A stretch of DNA of 64,000 nucleotides from a virus. How positions within the stretch are numbered: position 1 is the stretch's first letter; every line of letters begins with the position of its first letter. The stretch is taken from positions 32,001-96,000 of the IMG/VR virus record IMGVR_UViG_3300034417_000033; one strand, 5' to 3'. Positions 29,151 to 38,659 of this stretch are shown here, one piece after another. The position numbers and the translations under genes are program-made. Under the pieces are notes generated by a model. It saw only the letters and a program-made list of their open reading frames with translations, ran no database searches and was not told the DNA's origin.

Positions 29151-29571
29151 ACGTTCGCGCCAGAGTTTTCAAATCATCAGGTGTGTTTACTGCAATGAAT
29201 GCGTCAATATCATCCAACTTCATTTGCGGATAAAGATCAGACACAAATTCCTGCAATTTGTTTTTCTTCTTGCCCTTTGGAGGCTTCATGAATCTACGGC
29301 GTGTGTTACGTTCCCCGCATATTGCAATTGTCATCCATGTTAGTTCTGGATGATTCTTTAAATCAGAAAAGTTCTTATTAACGACTGCATTAACTAATGG
29401 CACAAAGTATTCATTATACTCATTAAGTTCACACGATGTTGCCCAGCGCATAGTTAACCAAGGCGAGAACTCTTTCTTCTGCTCTGGTGTTAACTTGCGA
29501 TAAAACAGTTTGTCTTTTCTATCTATTGCATTTAACAAATCTTTTAAATCAATTAATGTTTCTTTAGCCAT
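29110..29571 (-). CDS. Clamp loader small subunit (gp62-like)
   Basis: LNAID.KD..FY, FSPWLTMRW, HPEL.W; replication context. Confidence 0.65.
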   Translation of the reverse strand: MAKETLIDLKDLLNAIDRKDKLFYRKLTPEQKKEFSPWLTMRWATSCELNEYNEYFVPLVNAVVNKNFSDLKNHPELTWMTIAICGERNTRRRFMKPPKGKKKNKLQEFVSDLYPQMKLDDIDAFIAVNTPDDLKTLARTYGYDEETIKVIFK

Positions 29572-29788
29572 GTTCGTGCCCAGTCCAAGGTATACTTAGT
29601 TTATTACAAATACTTTCTTCGCCCAGTAATTTTAATACCATCATATCTGCATTATTGAGAAGGACAAAATAAAGTTTGTCCCCATCTATGCCTACTGCTA
29701 ACACGCCTGGCAAATTACCCATATATTTTTTAGCTTGCTTGTACCAGCGAAACGATATATTTGTAGTCAGGCGCGTTCTTTTTGCCAT
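29564..29788 (-). CDS. Hypothetical protein
   Basis: Packed; ADMMVLKL motif. Confidence 0.6.
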   Translation of the reverse strand: MAKRTRLTTNISFRWYKQAKKYMGNLPGVLAVGIDGDKLYFVLLNNADMMVLKLLGEESICNKLSIPWTGHEHG

Positions 29789-30291
29789 TACTGAAACAGT
29801 GTTGCGATGTCGATTGGTGTTTGAATCTTAGCACCTTCTTTTACAAACAATGCACACAAGGGTTTTTCTCCGCCTTCGACTGGAACAACAAGAATGTTGC
29901 CATTTTTCAATTTTGGGAAATACCACTTAACATCTGCATATACGTTGGAAATAGTAATTTCTTTGGATGCCGGTACCATATGCTCTAATGGATTAAATAG
30001 CAGTGAGTGAAATCCCCTGTCGTTTAACTTTGTTAGCGGCATAATTTCTAAATCGCCATAATCTTCATCACACACAACAATCGACCAATCTAGTGGCATC
30101 TTAATTGTGTGCTTACCAATCTCTAACACAATCGCTGGAGAATGGAACGACTCCAAGAATATCAAAGGAAGGAAGTAAAAGTCTATGTTGTGTTTATCGG
30201 AACAATCAAGCACACAATATCTTATGTCTTCAATTTCCTCTGGAATGCTATCCAGCTCGTATGGGTTATTTTCTACTGTGAGTATTCTCAA
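29788..30291 (-). CDS. Conserved hypothetical protein
   Basis: MRILT, PLIFLESF, WYFPKLK; TTG start with AGGA RBS. Confidence 0.8.
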   Translation of the reverse strand: MRILTVENNPYELDSIPEEIEDIRYCVLDCSDKHNIDFYFLPLIFLESFHSPAIVLEIGKHTIKMPLDWSIVVCDEDYGDLEIMPLTKLNDRGFHSLLFNPLEHMVPASKEITISNVYADVKWYFPKLKNGNILVVPVEGGEKPLCALFVKEGAKIQTPIDIATLFQ

Positions 30292-30311
30292 AATTTGTCC
30301 TATTGTTATTA

Positions 30312-30575
30312 TTATTTTGCAATTTGATTTACCTTTCTATTCTCAAATGGTTGTATAACATCTCTAAATAACTTAATATCTAGTTCACCTGCTAAACAGC
30401 CCAATAAAAAAGTTTCTTTATCCGCACACCTAAACACAACATCGAGAAAATACTTACCTCCGCGCTGCTGTCTAACAAGGTCTGCATACGGAATTCTATT
30501 TTTTCTTAACTGCATTTTTAATGCACTTATTGGAAAATCAAAACTGTATGGAATATTCGTTTCGTGTATATACAT
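30312..30575 (-). CDS. Hypothetical protein (start uncertain)
   Basis: ATG overlaps the -10 box. Confidence 0.5.
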   Translation of the reverse strand: MYIHETNIPYSFDFPISALKMQLRKNRIPYADLVRQQRGGKYFLDVVFRCADKETFLLGCLAGELDIKLFRDVIQPFENRKVNQIAK

Positions 30576-30602
30576 TATAGCAGTTCCTTATAAAGATGTC
30601 AA
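30574..30602 (-). promoter_or_regulatory. sigma70 promoter TTGACA-17-TATAAT
   Basis: Perfect consensus. Confidence 0.8.
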
Positions 30603-32056
30603 CGATCTAGTTTTACCACTTTAAATGGGTACTGCTCTTGTTTATAATATTTCTTACGTTCGGTTAGATGGCGTTTAGAATATTTAGAAGAGGAACACAA
30701 ATCGTATACGTTTGCAAAGTCTTTATCTTCTGCTTTCCGTATGCTTCTGCCGATTGATTGAATAACTCGAATAAAGCTCTTGCCTGGTTCTAACATGAAC
30801 AGATTAAAAATTCTTGGAACGTCAATGCCCACGGCCGCGACACCATAAGTAGCAATGATTGTGTTATTGTCTGAAGTTTGGATCTTTTTATATTCTTCTT
30901 TTCTTTCGTCACTGTCAACTGTCCCGTTAATAAAAACTGAGCCTGGAATAAGCTCTTGTAATATTTTACCTGTCTCAATTCTATCAATTAAGATAAGTGC
31001 GTTGCCACCGTCTGCATGTGTAGTAATGTAGTTTGCAAGAAACTTTAGTCGATCCTTGTCTGTTACTAGATATTTTAGCTCAGTTGCATAGCTTGCAAAC
31101 TTATAATCATAATCTTGTATCTGTGCGACAGTAATGTGCAAGTTACTTAATATGCCTTTGTCTTGCAATTCTTTTGCAGTAACAGAATTAATAAGAGGGC
31201 CAATTGAACAAAGCAATGACATCTTGTCATAATCTTCTAAAGGAATAGTGCCAGTCATCCCCCAACGTATTGGCACATTTGCAAAAGTAGATGTCAGATG
31301 TTTTCGAAGTACCTTTGCATCTGCTCCGTGACATTCGTCCACAATAACAGTTGCAATGCCTTCGACAAAATCATCAAGATCCAATTCCAGATCGTATTTT
31401 TTGCTTTTCTTATCTAGAGCTTCAATACTTTGCCATGTACAAATAATATGTTGGTGCCCAGGCTCTTTTCTATCACCAAAGTAAACACCCACATCAAGAC
31501 CAAGTAATTTGAAATCTCGTTCTGTCTGTGTTACCAGATCCTTACTTGGAACGATAGTTATTGTTCTTCCATACTTTTCTGTCTTGTGTGCAAGTATGGC
31601 CGTGATTAAAGTTTTTCCTGCTCCAGTTGATACTTTTTGTATAGACTGAGTATTTGCAAGATATTCGTTAACTACTTCAACTTGGTGCTCTCGAACCATA
31701 ATTGATTCGCCTGCTTTTACGTGGCCTTCTGGCCAAACAATATGGGCATACGAATCTTCACTAACTGCATCAAATTCAAAAGTGTTATGTACGCGGGCAT
31801 CATCAATCGAAATTAAATATCCTGCCTCTTGTACAATTGGCAACAGCCTATCTAACAAATTAATATTTGTTCTGCCGCCCACATCACAAAACGCTTCTTT
31901 TCCATTCCAACGGCCTAACTTAAAGGCAGGTGAGAACTTAGCCCAAGGCATGAAGAATTCTGTTGCTTGAACTAATTTTCGTCTTGTGCCGGCATCGAGC
32001 CCTTTCAGTTGACAGTTAACTTCGTCCTGAATATAGATTATACAATCCTGCGACAT
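30599..32056 (-). CDS. uvsW: SF2 DNA helicase UvsW-like
   Basis: TGAGKT, VDECH, GMTGT, QSIGR. Confidence 0.92.
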   Translation of the reverse strand: MSQDCIIYIQDEVNCQLKGLDAGTRRKLVQATEFFMPWAKFSPAFKLGRWNGKEAFCDVGGRTNINLLDRLLPIVQEAGYLISIDDARVHNTFEFDAVSEDSYAHIVWPEGHVKAGESIMVREHQVEVVNEYLANTQSIQKVSTGAGKTLITAILAHKTEKYGRTITIVPSKDLVTQTERDFKLLGLDVGVYFGDRKEPGHQHIICTWQSIEALDKKSKKYDLELDLDDFVEGIATVIVDECHGADAKVLRKHLTSTFANVPIRWGMTGTIPLEDYDKMSLLCSIGPLINSVTAKELQDKGILSNLHITVAQIQDYDYKFASYATELKYLVTDKDRLKFLANYITTHADGGNALILIDRIETGKILQELIPGSVFINGTVDSDERKEEYKKIQTSDNNTIIATYGVAAVGIDVPRIFNLFMLEPGKSFIRVIQSIGRSIRKAEDKDFANVYDLCSSSKYSKRHLTERKKYYKQEQYPFKVVKLDR

Positions 32057-32089
32057 GGTTCCTCAATTTTTATTATTATTTTTAATATT

Positions 32090-32293
32090 TTATTTTGAAA
32101 ACTTTAATTTTGCAATTAATAAATCTTCTGTGTGCTTGTATTTTACTTCATATCTTGCTGCTGGATAAATGGAAATTGTTCTTACCATCACAGCATCTTT
32201 AAATATTGCGTGTTGTATTGAAGCATCGAGATATGCTAACTCGATGCTTCCTGCACCTGCATTCCACTGCTCTGTTGTGTAATCGTTCCACAT
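32090..32293 (-). CDS. Hypothetical protein
   Basis: Ends EDLLIAKLKFSK. Confidence 0.6.
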   Translation of the reverse strand: MWNDYTTEQWNAGAGSIELAYLDASIQHAIFKDAVMVRTISIYPAARYEVKYKHTEDLLIAKLKFSK

Positions 32294-32294
32294 G

Positions 32295-32846
32295 TTACCA
32301 ATTCAATTTGTGTGTAAACTGAATCCCTTGGTTTAATACAAGCAAACTATTACAAGGAATAATATTTAACTGATATCGAATATCGGATCTCGGAGTAATA
32401 TTATAACCCAATGATACTGTTTGAACAAGTGCAGGAACTAGTGTTGCCACTGTTGTTGCATCTGTGCCAGTATACCCTGTTGCTGCGCCGAGGTAAGTAT
32501 CATAACCCACAAAGAATCGTTTTCCCAAAGATAGTTTGCCGTCGTACAGTCGATATGCAAACACAAACGACCTCTTACTGTATGAGTTATCGTATGTGCC
32601 TACTAGCCAATCATTGTATCCTGCTAGTACAACCTCGTTGTCTTCATTATATTTGCCAGAGTGCTTGGTGTGGTGTGTCTTAAAACCAGCGTAAAGGTGT
32701 ACTTCATCTGGGGCAATATATGGTTTCGGAACTTCCTGTTTAGTCTTCTCCACGTTTGCTGAATCTAAGCTATCGTGTGGGATAGCAAAAGACATTGTTG
32801 ACATGCACATTACAACAAAAAATAGAACTTTCTTCATTTCATTCAT
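32295..32846 (-). CDS. Signal-peptide outer-membrane beta-barrel-like protein (PagP-like motifs)
   Basis: MKKVL..SFA signal, YNEDN, NSYSKRS, GAATGY, C-terminal W. Confidence 0.6.
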   Translation of the reverse strand: MNEMKKVLFFVVMCMSTMSFAIPHDSLDSANVEKTKQEVPKPYIAPDEVHLYAGFKTHHTKHSGKYNEDNEVVLAGYNDWLVGTYDNSYSKRSFVFAYRLYDGKLSLGKRFFVGYDTYLGAATGYTGTDATTVATLVPALVQTVSLGYNITPRSDIRYQLNIIPCNSLLVLNQGIQFTHKLNW

Positions 32847-33180
32847 CTCCCTGTAATTTATCTTGCAACCGTTGCATCTTTTCCGACTTAGTTATGAAAA
32901 GTTCATAAGATGTAAAATCCAACCATCTTGCCGCATTAGCTGTTGCCAAAAGAAACACTGCAAACATTTGATACATCAACGGCCAAAATGCTTTCATGTG
33001 CAAATCAAAAGAACACACATAATTCACTAGCATTGGAATAAGGAAATTACAAAACAACATGCGTTTTCCAGAATTAACGTACTTTGTTATGTACAGCCTC
33101 TTCGGAGGCTTCGACAGCATCAAATCTGCCATCATAGCTGCGTGTTTTTTATAACTTCGCTCTGCAAAGTATTTAAACAC
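32839..33180 (-). CDS. Membrane protein
   Basis: Two hydrophobic segments; ends DKLQGDE. Confidence 0.65.
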   Translation of the reverse strand: MFKYFAERSYKKHAAMMADLMLSKPPKRLYITKYVNSGKRMLFCNFLIPMLVNYVCSFDLHMKAFWPLMYQMFAVFLLATANAARWLDFTSYELFITKSEKMQRLQDKLQGDE

Positions 33181-33613
33181 TATCGCCCCTCAAACTAGCA
33201 AGCGTTTTTTCCATACCTGTAAGGTACTGCACTTGGTTTAGCAAGTCCATCATTTTGTTCAGTTCAGTAGATGTGTCCAAAAAAGACTGTATTTCTTTAT
33301 CTTCACAAAATATGGAAAACGACTTGTTTTGCTTGTAGTCAATTTCGTTAAAAGCAAGGTTGCATTTTTCGTTAATGACAAACCGAAACAGAGATGTTAA
33401 ATCTCTGGAGATATAAACGTGTACTTCCTTTTCCTGATCCCAAGTAATTTTAATGGGCTCGTAGTGCTTTGCGCTTAATAGCAGCACCATCCGTTTCAGG
33501 AAACGAGTTTTTAAAGACAAGTACTGGTGGTACAAATCCTCTTTTGTTTTTGTCTTTCTGGAATAACCCATCTGTAACTCCATTGCTAAGAGTACACATG
33601 TTAGCATACCCAA
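33173..33613 (-). CDS. Hypothetical protein (start uncertain)
   Basis: Packed; ends ASLRGDSV. Confidence 0.65.
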   Translation of the reverse strand: MGMLTCVLLAMELQMGYSRKTKTKEDLYHQYLSLKTRFLKRMVLLLSAKHYEPIKITWDQEKEVHVYISRDLTSLFRFVINEKCNLAFNEIDYKQNKSFSIFCEDKEIQSFLDTSTELNKMMDLLNQVQYLTGMEKTLASLRGDSV

Positions 33614-33628
33614 GCAATGTTGTCAACC

Positions 33629-34093
33629 TTAGTCTATAGTGGAGTCTTCTAACCCTGAACATCTCAGCTTTGTAATATGGCCGATCATCCAGTTTTTGGT
33701 ATCTAACCCTTTGTGCAATGCAAGGTACTTATTTCTCAGTAATGCAAATTCATTAACTAGAATGGTGAGGTCAATCACTGGCTGGTCACCATCCACATAC
33801 TTTTCTGCATCTCTGGATGTGAGTGCCCGATTATAATTTTCTAAGAACTTCTTAAACGAAGCTGAACGTGCTTTCTTTAGTTCAATGTTTAGGTGCTCAA
33901 GGATTGCCTCAATTTCTTGAAGCTGACCGAAACGCTGCTCAACAATGCCTGGCAACTCAGAAGCATGCCTTTCTAATGACTTGCCCTTCAATGTAAGAGT
34001 GAGCCGGCCATCGTCAAGTTCAGTTTCAAAATGAGTGATACATGGCGATAGCTGAGACATATCCCTAACAATCTTATTATACCAAAGACTCAT
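33629..34093 (-). CDS. uvsY: Recombination mediator UvsY-like
   Basis: SRDAEKYVDG, K.W.IGHI.KLR; downstream of uvsX. Confidence 0.8.
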   Translation of the reverse strand: MSLWYNKIVRDMSQLSPCITHFETELDDGRLTLTLKGKSLERHASELPGIVEQRFGQLQEIEAILEHLNIELKKARSASFKKFLENYNRALTSRDAEKYVDGDQPVIDLTILVNEFALLRNKYLALHKGLDTKNWMIGHITKLRCSGLEDSTID

Positions 34094-34377
34094 TTTAAGT
34101 AATTAACTCCATTGAGCATTGCTTGTGTAAACATAAGAGCTCTACGTCTTCTGTTTATGATTGCTTTTCCATTTACTCGCAGTAATCTCGGATTTACACC
34201 TAACGATTCAATTAGCTTAGTATGCAAGGATGTGATTGCTGCAGGTGTAGTTATTTCCATTGCTAAACTTTCATCTGTCACTAACTGTTCGAGAATAGCA
34301 GAGAGAGTGCTTTTAACACTCTCCCTATCTCCCGAAAGTATGTGAGTTTCTAATATCTCAATACTCGTCGTCATCAT
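34090..34377 (-). CDS. Hypothetical protein
   Basis: Packed. Confidence 0.65.
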   Translation of the reverse strand: MMTTSIEILETHILSGDRESVKSTLSAILEQLVTDESLAMEITTPAAITSLHTKLIESLGVNPRLLRVNGKAIINRRRRALMFTQAMLNGVNYLK

Positions 34378-34579
34378 CTTCCTCTTCTAGGTCGTAATAA
34401 GAAGCAATTGCAGTAGCAATGTCCTTATCAAAACCAATATCGTTATCGTGCCCATCAGCTACGCCATATTCGTCAAATAATTCTACAACAGAATCGGCAA
34501 TATCTAATCTCTCCTTTGGATTTATGTGCGGTTTAATAATTAACCACAAGTCATTCAAAAAAGCACTGTCTCTTGTCAT
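34358..34579 (-). CDS. Small acidic conserved protein
   Basis: W...K.HI..KER...A; acidic tail. Confidence 0.75.
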   Translation of the reverse strand: MTRDSAFLNDLWLIIKPHINPKERLDIADSVVELFDEYGVADGHDNDIGFDKDIATAIASYYDLEEEDDDDEY

Positions 34580-34590
34580 GTTTTCCCCGT

Positions 34591-35682
34591 TTACTCGTTT
34601 GTGTCTGTAGTGAAGTCTTCTAATTCTGTAGATTCTACAGGAACAATTGTTCCTAAATCATCTTGCGAGAACTCGTCCATTACAATCTTCATTTTCTCAA
34701 GATCGTTCCATTCCTTTCTGAAGTACAACATTTCTACGCCAGCTTTTGTGACATAACGATATCTGTTGCCTTGCTTAACTAACTTTCCTGTCTTTTCAAA
34801 CAAATCAAACAAACCAGAAATTGGATTCATACCAGCATCATAAGGAATGTTAATTTTAACTGTTTCAAAAGGCTTTGCGTATCTAGACTTAACAACTTTA
34901 CACACAGCACGAATACCTGCCACTTCTGTAATTTTGTTGCCAAGCTCATCTTCTTTAAGTTTCAATTTTTGCATTGCAACTACAATGGATGCAGCAAAGA
35001 TAGGACCAGATCCACCACTAATAACAGCATCTGGATTAAACATATCTTGTGAAGCGTATGTGTGGTTAGTACATACTAAACCAATGTCTAAGTTACCAAA
35101 CATGTTTGTGCAGTTTGTGACCAAAGCCTTCAGCTGTTTTGCTTTACGACCCATATCGCCTTTCATATCACCTGCCTGGAACTGGTTAGTTTCAGTTGGT
35201 GTTAAAAGCATACCCAACGAGTCAATCACGAATAAAATCTTCGGACGTTCTGCTGAAGGGACATTTTCATATTCTGCTTTATAGTCTTTAACAAAGTCAG
35301 AAATAATTTTTGCTACGTTATCTACCATAGAGGCAGATATTTTTAACATTTTTTCTGCAGATGTATCAACACCTAATGCTTGCAACCAACTTTCGTCAAG
35401 TGCGTTTTCAGTATCAATTAATACAACAAAAATGCCTTTTGCTTGCGCATCCTTAACTACGTTTCCAGACACAATGTAGCTTTTGCCACTGCCGGATTCG
35501 CCTGCTAGGATTGTAACTTTGCCCATTGGGATGCCTTTGTAGAAATCACTACTAACTAAATAGTTAAGTGCGTAATTTCCTGTAGAAACCCAAACTGTAG
35601 GATCGTTAAATCCAGTTGAGATTCCAGCAATACTTTTTGTAATATCTTTACGGAATTTAGAGACGTCGAATGGTCTTGTCAT
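34591..35682 (-). CDS. uvsX: RecA-like recombinase UvsX
   Basis: GESGSGKS, IDTENALD, IDSLG, TNHTY, SGG. Confidence 0.95.
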   Translation of the reverse strand: MTRPFDVSKFRKDITKSIAGISTGFNDPTVWVSTGNYALNYLVSSDFYKGIPMGKVTILAGESGSGKSYIVSGNVVKDAQAKGIFVVLIDTENALDESWLQALGVDTSAEKMLKISASMVDNVAKIISDFVKDYKAEYENVPSAERPKILFVIDSLGMLLTPTETNQFQAGDMKGDMGRKAKQLKALVTNCTNMFGNLDIGLVCTNHTYASQDMFNPDAVISGGSGPIFAASIVVAMQKLKLKEDELGNKITEVAGIRAVCKVVKSRYAKPFETVKINIPYDAGMNPISGLFDLFEKTGKLVKQGNRYRYVTKAGVEMLYFRKEWNDLEKMKIVMDEFSQDDLGTIVPVESTELEDFTTDTNE

Positions 35683-35730
35683 TTTTCTCCTTGTTATGCC
35701 ATGCTTCGGATATTGTATCCTACTGTCGGC

Positions 35731-35758
35731 AAAAGATGGGGAGGATTTACTCCTCCCC
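35731..35758 (-). terminator. Intrinsic terminator after gp32
   Basis: GGGGAGGA/TCCTCCCC stem followed by ATCTTTT. Confidence 0.7.
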
Positions 35759-35791
35759 CATTTGATTGGGCGTTAACCCTTATAGTTCTTA

Positions 35792-36793
35792 TTATTTACG
35801 GTTGCGGATCATATCCAGGATATCTTGCGCAGATTTACCAGTTGTGCTTGCGTTAGCAGGTGGGGTCACAACAATAGCGTCATCGCTATCGGAATCTGTG
35901 CTATCCATATCAAACGGAATGCTGTCGTCTGTAGGAGTAGATACTTTTGGAGTAGAGTACGTTGTACCTTTGTCGGTTCCGGCGTTCGTCGCAGGTGCTT
36001 TGTAATCTAGACCGTAAGGCTTGTAAAACTTCGCCCAACGTTCTGGATCATAAAGATCACCCTCAACAGAAGCTTCAAACATTTCGAATTGTGCGTTGAG
36101 TTCTTCTGAAGTAGGTTTCTTCGGAAGGAATTCACTCAAGTCGTACAAGCCGTATTTGTTGATTGCTTCAAGTTGTTCTTCTGTTAAAGCTGTTTCTCTT
36201 TTTGCCCATTTAGAAGTGCTGTAATCTGCATAACCACCTTTAGATGATTTAGCAATACGGAAGTTTGTTCCGTTCAGCAAGTCAGTTGGGTTGCCTTCCA
36301 TTTCTGGATCGACAAGAGCTGCTTTAATGATGTTAAATACTTGCGGGGAGATAATGAATTTGCGGATTGGATTTTCCGGCAAATCTTTCTCGTGCATTGG
36401 ATCTTCTTCAACAAAACCTTGGAAAATGTAAGAACGTTTTTTCCAATAAGTTCTTGCAGTTGCATCAAGATCAGTACTGAACCAAGGACGAATCTCTTGG
36501 TGAATTGGGCAAGTCTCGCCCCACATTTCAATACATGGTACTTGGATTACAATTTTCTTGTTTTCGTCGCCGCCTTTAATTCCACGGAATGGAATTTTAA
36601 TAAGCTGACGCTCAGTCCAGAAAAAGGTGTTGTCTTCGTTCTTATCAGGGAGGAATCTAACTACTGCTGTTTCACCTTCTGGGATATTCCAGAACGGATA
36701 ACTTGTGTTGTCTTTGTTGGTGTTATTTGATTTGCCAGCACGTTTGTTGTCAAGTGCTTTTAATTTTTCGCGGATTTCTGCTAAAGATGCCAT
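35792..36793 (-). CDS. ssDNA-binding protein (gp32-like)
   Basis: VRFLPD, PC.E..G..CP, YWKKRSY, Y.TSKW, acidic tail. Confidence 0.92.
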   Translation of the reverse strand: MASLAEIREKLKALDNKRAGKSNNTNKDNTSYPFWNIPEGETAVVRFLPDKNEDNTFFWTERQLIKIPFRGIKGGDENKKIVIQVPCIEMWGETCPIHQEIRPWFSTDLDATARTYWKKRSYIFQGFVEEDPMHEKDLPENPIRKFIISPQVFNIIKAALVDPEMEGNPTDLLNGTNFRIAKSSKGGYADYSTSKWAKRETALTEEQLEAINKYGLYDLSEFLPKKPTSEELNAQFEMFEASVEGDLYDPERWAKFYKPYGLDYKAPATNAGTDKGTTYSTPKVSTPTDDSIPFDMDSTDSDSDDAIVVTPPANASTTGKSAQDILDMIRNRK

Positions 36794-36825
36794 TTATGAA
36801 TTTTCCTTTTATGATTATTATAGTT

Positions 36826-36871
36826 TAACGCTTTCCTTTTTTGATTGTTTAAGAGTGCGTTACGTCTCTCA
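36826..36871 (-). promoter_or_regulatory. Candidate H-type pseudoknot in the gp32 leader
   Basis: S1 UGAGAG/CUCUUA; loop UAACGC pairs with downstream GCGUUA. Confidence 0.5.
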
Positions 36872-36915
36872 ACAACTCGCCCCCTAAAGGACTTGATAGC
36901 GTGTAATATTTGTAT

Positions 36916-36965
36916 ATTATACGCTATCCTTATTACAATGTCAACTATTTATCTAAATATTTATC
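36916..36965 (-). promoter_or_regulatory. sigma70 promoter (36916-36944) plus two late boxes (36946-36953, 36958-36965) for gp32
   Basis: TTGACA-17-TATAAT; GATAAATA twice. Confidence 0.8.
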
Positions 36966-38601
36966 TAACTATTTTAATTACAGAGCTAATATTAGCAACA
37001 TACTCGTCGCCATCTATCGGACTGTAATAATGTATTGCTCCACGACTGCCGTCATCGTTCACTTCGTCTGGATTAAAATCTGAAACAGTTCGTTTAATTG
37101 TTTTGCCGTCGGCGCCACGAATAAGAACTACGCTGCCAACTTCTATATCGGAAAGAACATCACTCTCGAAAATATTTTCAAATTTTATTATTTTACTTTC
37201 AAAAGATTTAAAACTCTCTGTAAGTGCATCCGCTGTTTCTTCTTGTAATGCAACAGTGCAATTTTCTAACACTTTAGATAAAACGCTTTTTTCAAATTCG
37301 GTTAGGGCTTGTTCGGAAACAATTTTATTTCCCAATTTCACAACATACGAAGAAAGCTCGGAGTTTTCTTTAATTGTTCTACCTAAAGAAGCAATTTGGT
37401 TTCCAAGTCTAGCAGTTTCTTTTTCAAATATAATGCCGGCCATATCAGAAAACATTTCAGATATTGCAATTTGTGTTCCTGCTGCTTCTTCAATTCTTTC
37501 TAAAAACTTAGTGTTCTCAGTTACCATTGAACTTACAAGTGGGAGAATATCCATAAACTTCTCATCAAATCGTTTAACTGTAAACATGTCACGATATTTG
37601 TCAGTGTCTTCACACTCGCCTTCTAAAATTTGAACTTGTGTTTCTTCCATACGCAACTTAGCAGATTCGTATGTTTTAATTCCGGATAATTTTTTGAGGG
37701 TTTCTTGAATAGAGTTAACGTTCTCTCTTACTAATTCAACAGCATCGTTACTGCCTTCATTAATAAGGTTATTTGATCTAGCATAACGAAGGAACTCTTT
37801 TAACTTCATCATTGTTCCAGTATTGGAAACAATCTGTTCACCAATTTGGTCAGCAACTGAACCGCCCATTGTTAAATGGCGTGCCATTGCTCTTGCACCA
37901 GAAAGACTGTTGTGAGGGAACCTAAAACGCTCGCCATTAGCTTCAAGGAAGATAGCTTGTATATTACGTGTTCTGGAACCACGAATTTCTTCTTGAACTG
38001 GCTTTCTGTGACGAACAAGTATTTGCACGTTCTCTAATGTTTGTCTGCTAGTTTTTGTAGAACCAAACATTTTAGAAAGGGATTCTGCAAGTGCAAACTT
38101 TGCTTGCTCGAAGGATTCTTTAGTTTTACTAGCCATAGCAGCTTTTGCTTTTCTAGCTTTATCAAAATCTTTATCTTGCTTCTTCATTTGCTTAGACCAT
38201 GCCCCTTCTTTTTTCCATTCTTTTTCTGGATCTTTGGCTTCTTCAACGTTTTCCATTGTCGCTTCCTTATAATTTTTAGCTTGATATGAAAAGTCTTTTG
38301 GTTCTACTTTTTTACCAAAATCTTTTAGTGTAAAGTTTAACATGTTTTGACTTGCTACTAATCTTAGTCTCTTCAAGACATCTTCATACACATCTAAAGG
38401 AACATCTGAATTTTTATTCAGAATAATTTCTTCGCTTGTGTCATCTAAAGTAAGCATCATGTTTGGTTCGTCAACGTAGAAACGTCTTGCTTCTTCCGGA
38501 TCGATAACTTCGGACCCATCTAATCCAAACATTTTTATCTGATACCCGTAGCCTTTTAGAATACTAAAAAGTTTCTTAGCTACTCTATCAAAATTTACCA
38601 T
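36961..38601 (-). CDS. Conserved late/head-associated protein
   Basis: GSRTRNI.AIF.E..GERFRFP..L.GARAMARH; late box at 38630-38637. Confidence 0.8.
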   Translation of the reverse strand: MVNFDRVAKKLFSILKGYGYQIKMFGLDGSEVIDPEEARRFYVDEPNMMLTLDDTSEEIILNKNSDVPLDVYEDVLKRLRLVASQNMLNFTLKDFGKKVEPKDFSYQAKNYKEATMENVEEAKDPEKEWKKEGAWSKQMKKQDKDFDKARKAKAAMASKTKESFEQAKFALAESLSKMFGSTKTSRQTLENVQILVRHRKPVQEEIRGSRTRNIQAIFLEANGERFRFPHNSLSGARAMARHLTMGGSVADQIGEQIVSNTGTMMKLKEFLRYARSNNLINEGSNDAVELVRENVNSIQETLKKLSGIKTYESAKLRMEETQVQILEGECEDTDKYRDMFTVKRFDEKFMDILPLVSSMVTENTKFLERIEEAAGTQIAISEMFSDMAGIIFEKETARLGNQIASLGRTIKENSELSSYVVKLGNKIVSEQALTEFEKSVLSKVLENCTVALQEETADALTESFKSFESKIIKFENIFESDVLSDIEVGSVVLIRGADGKTIKRTVSDFNPDEVNDDGSRGAIHYYSPIDGDEYVANISSVIKIVR

Positions 38602-38659
38602 AAGTTCACGCTCACATCATTTAATGTAGTATTTATCTTTTTCACACAAGAATATTTTA

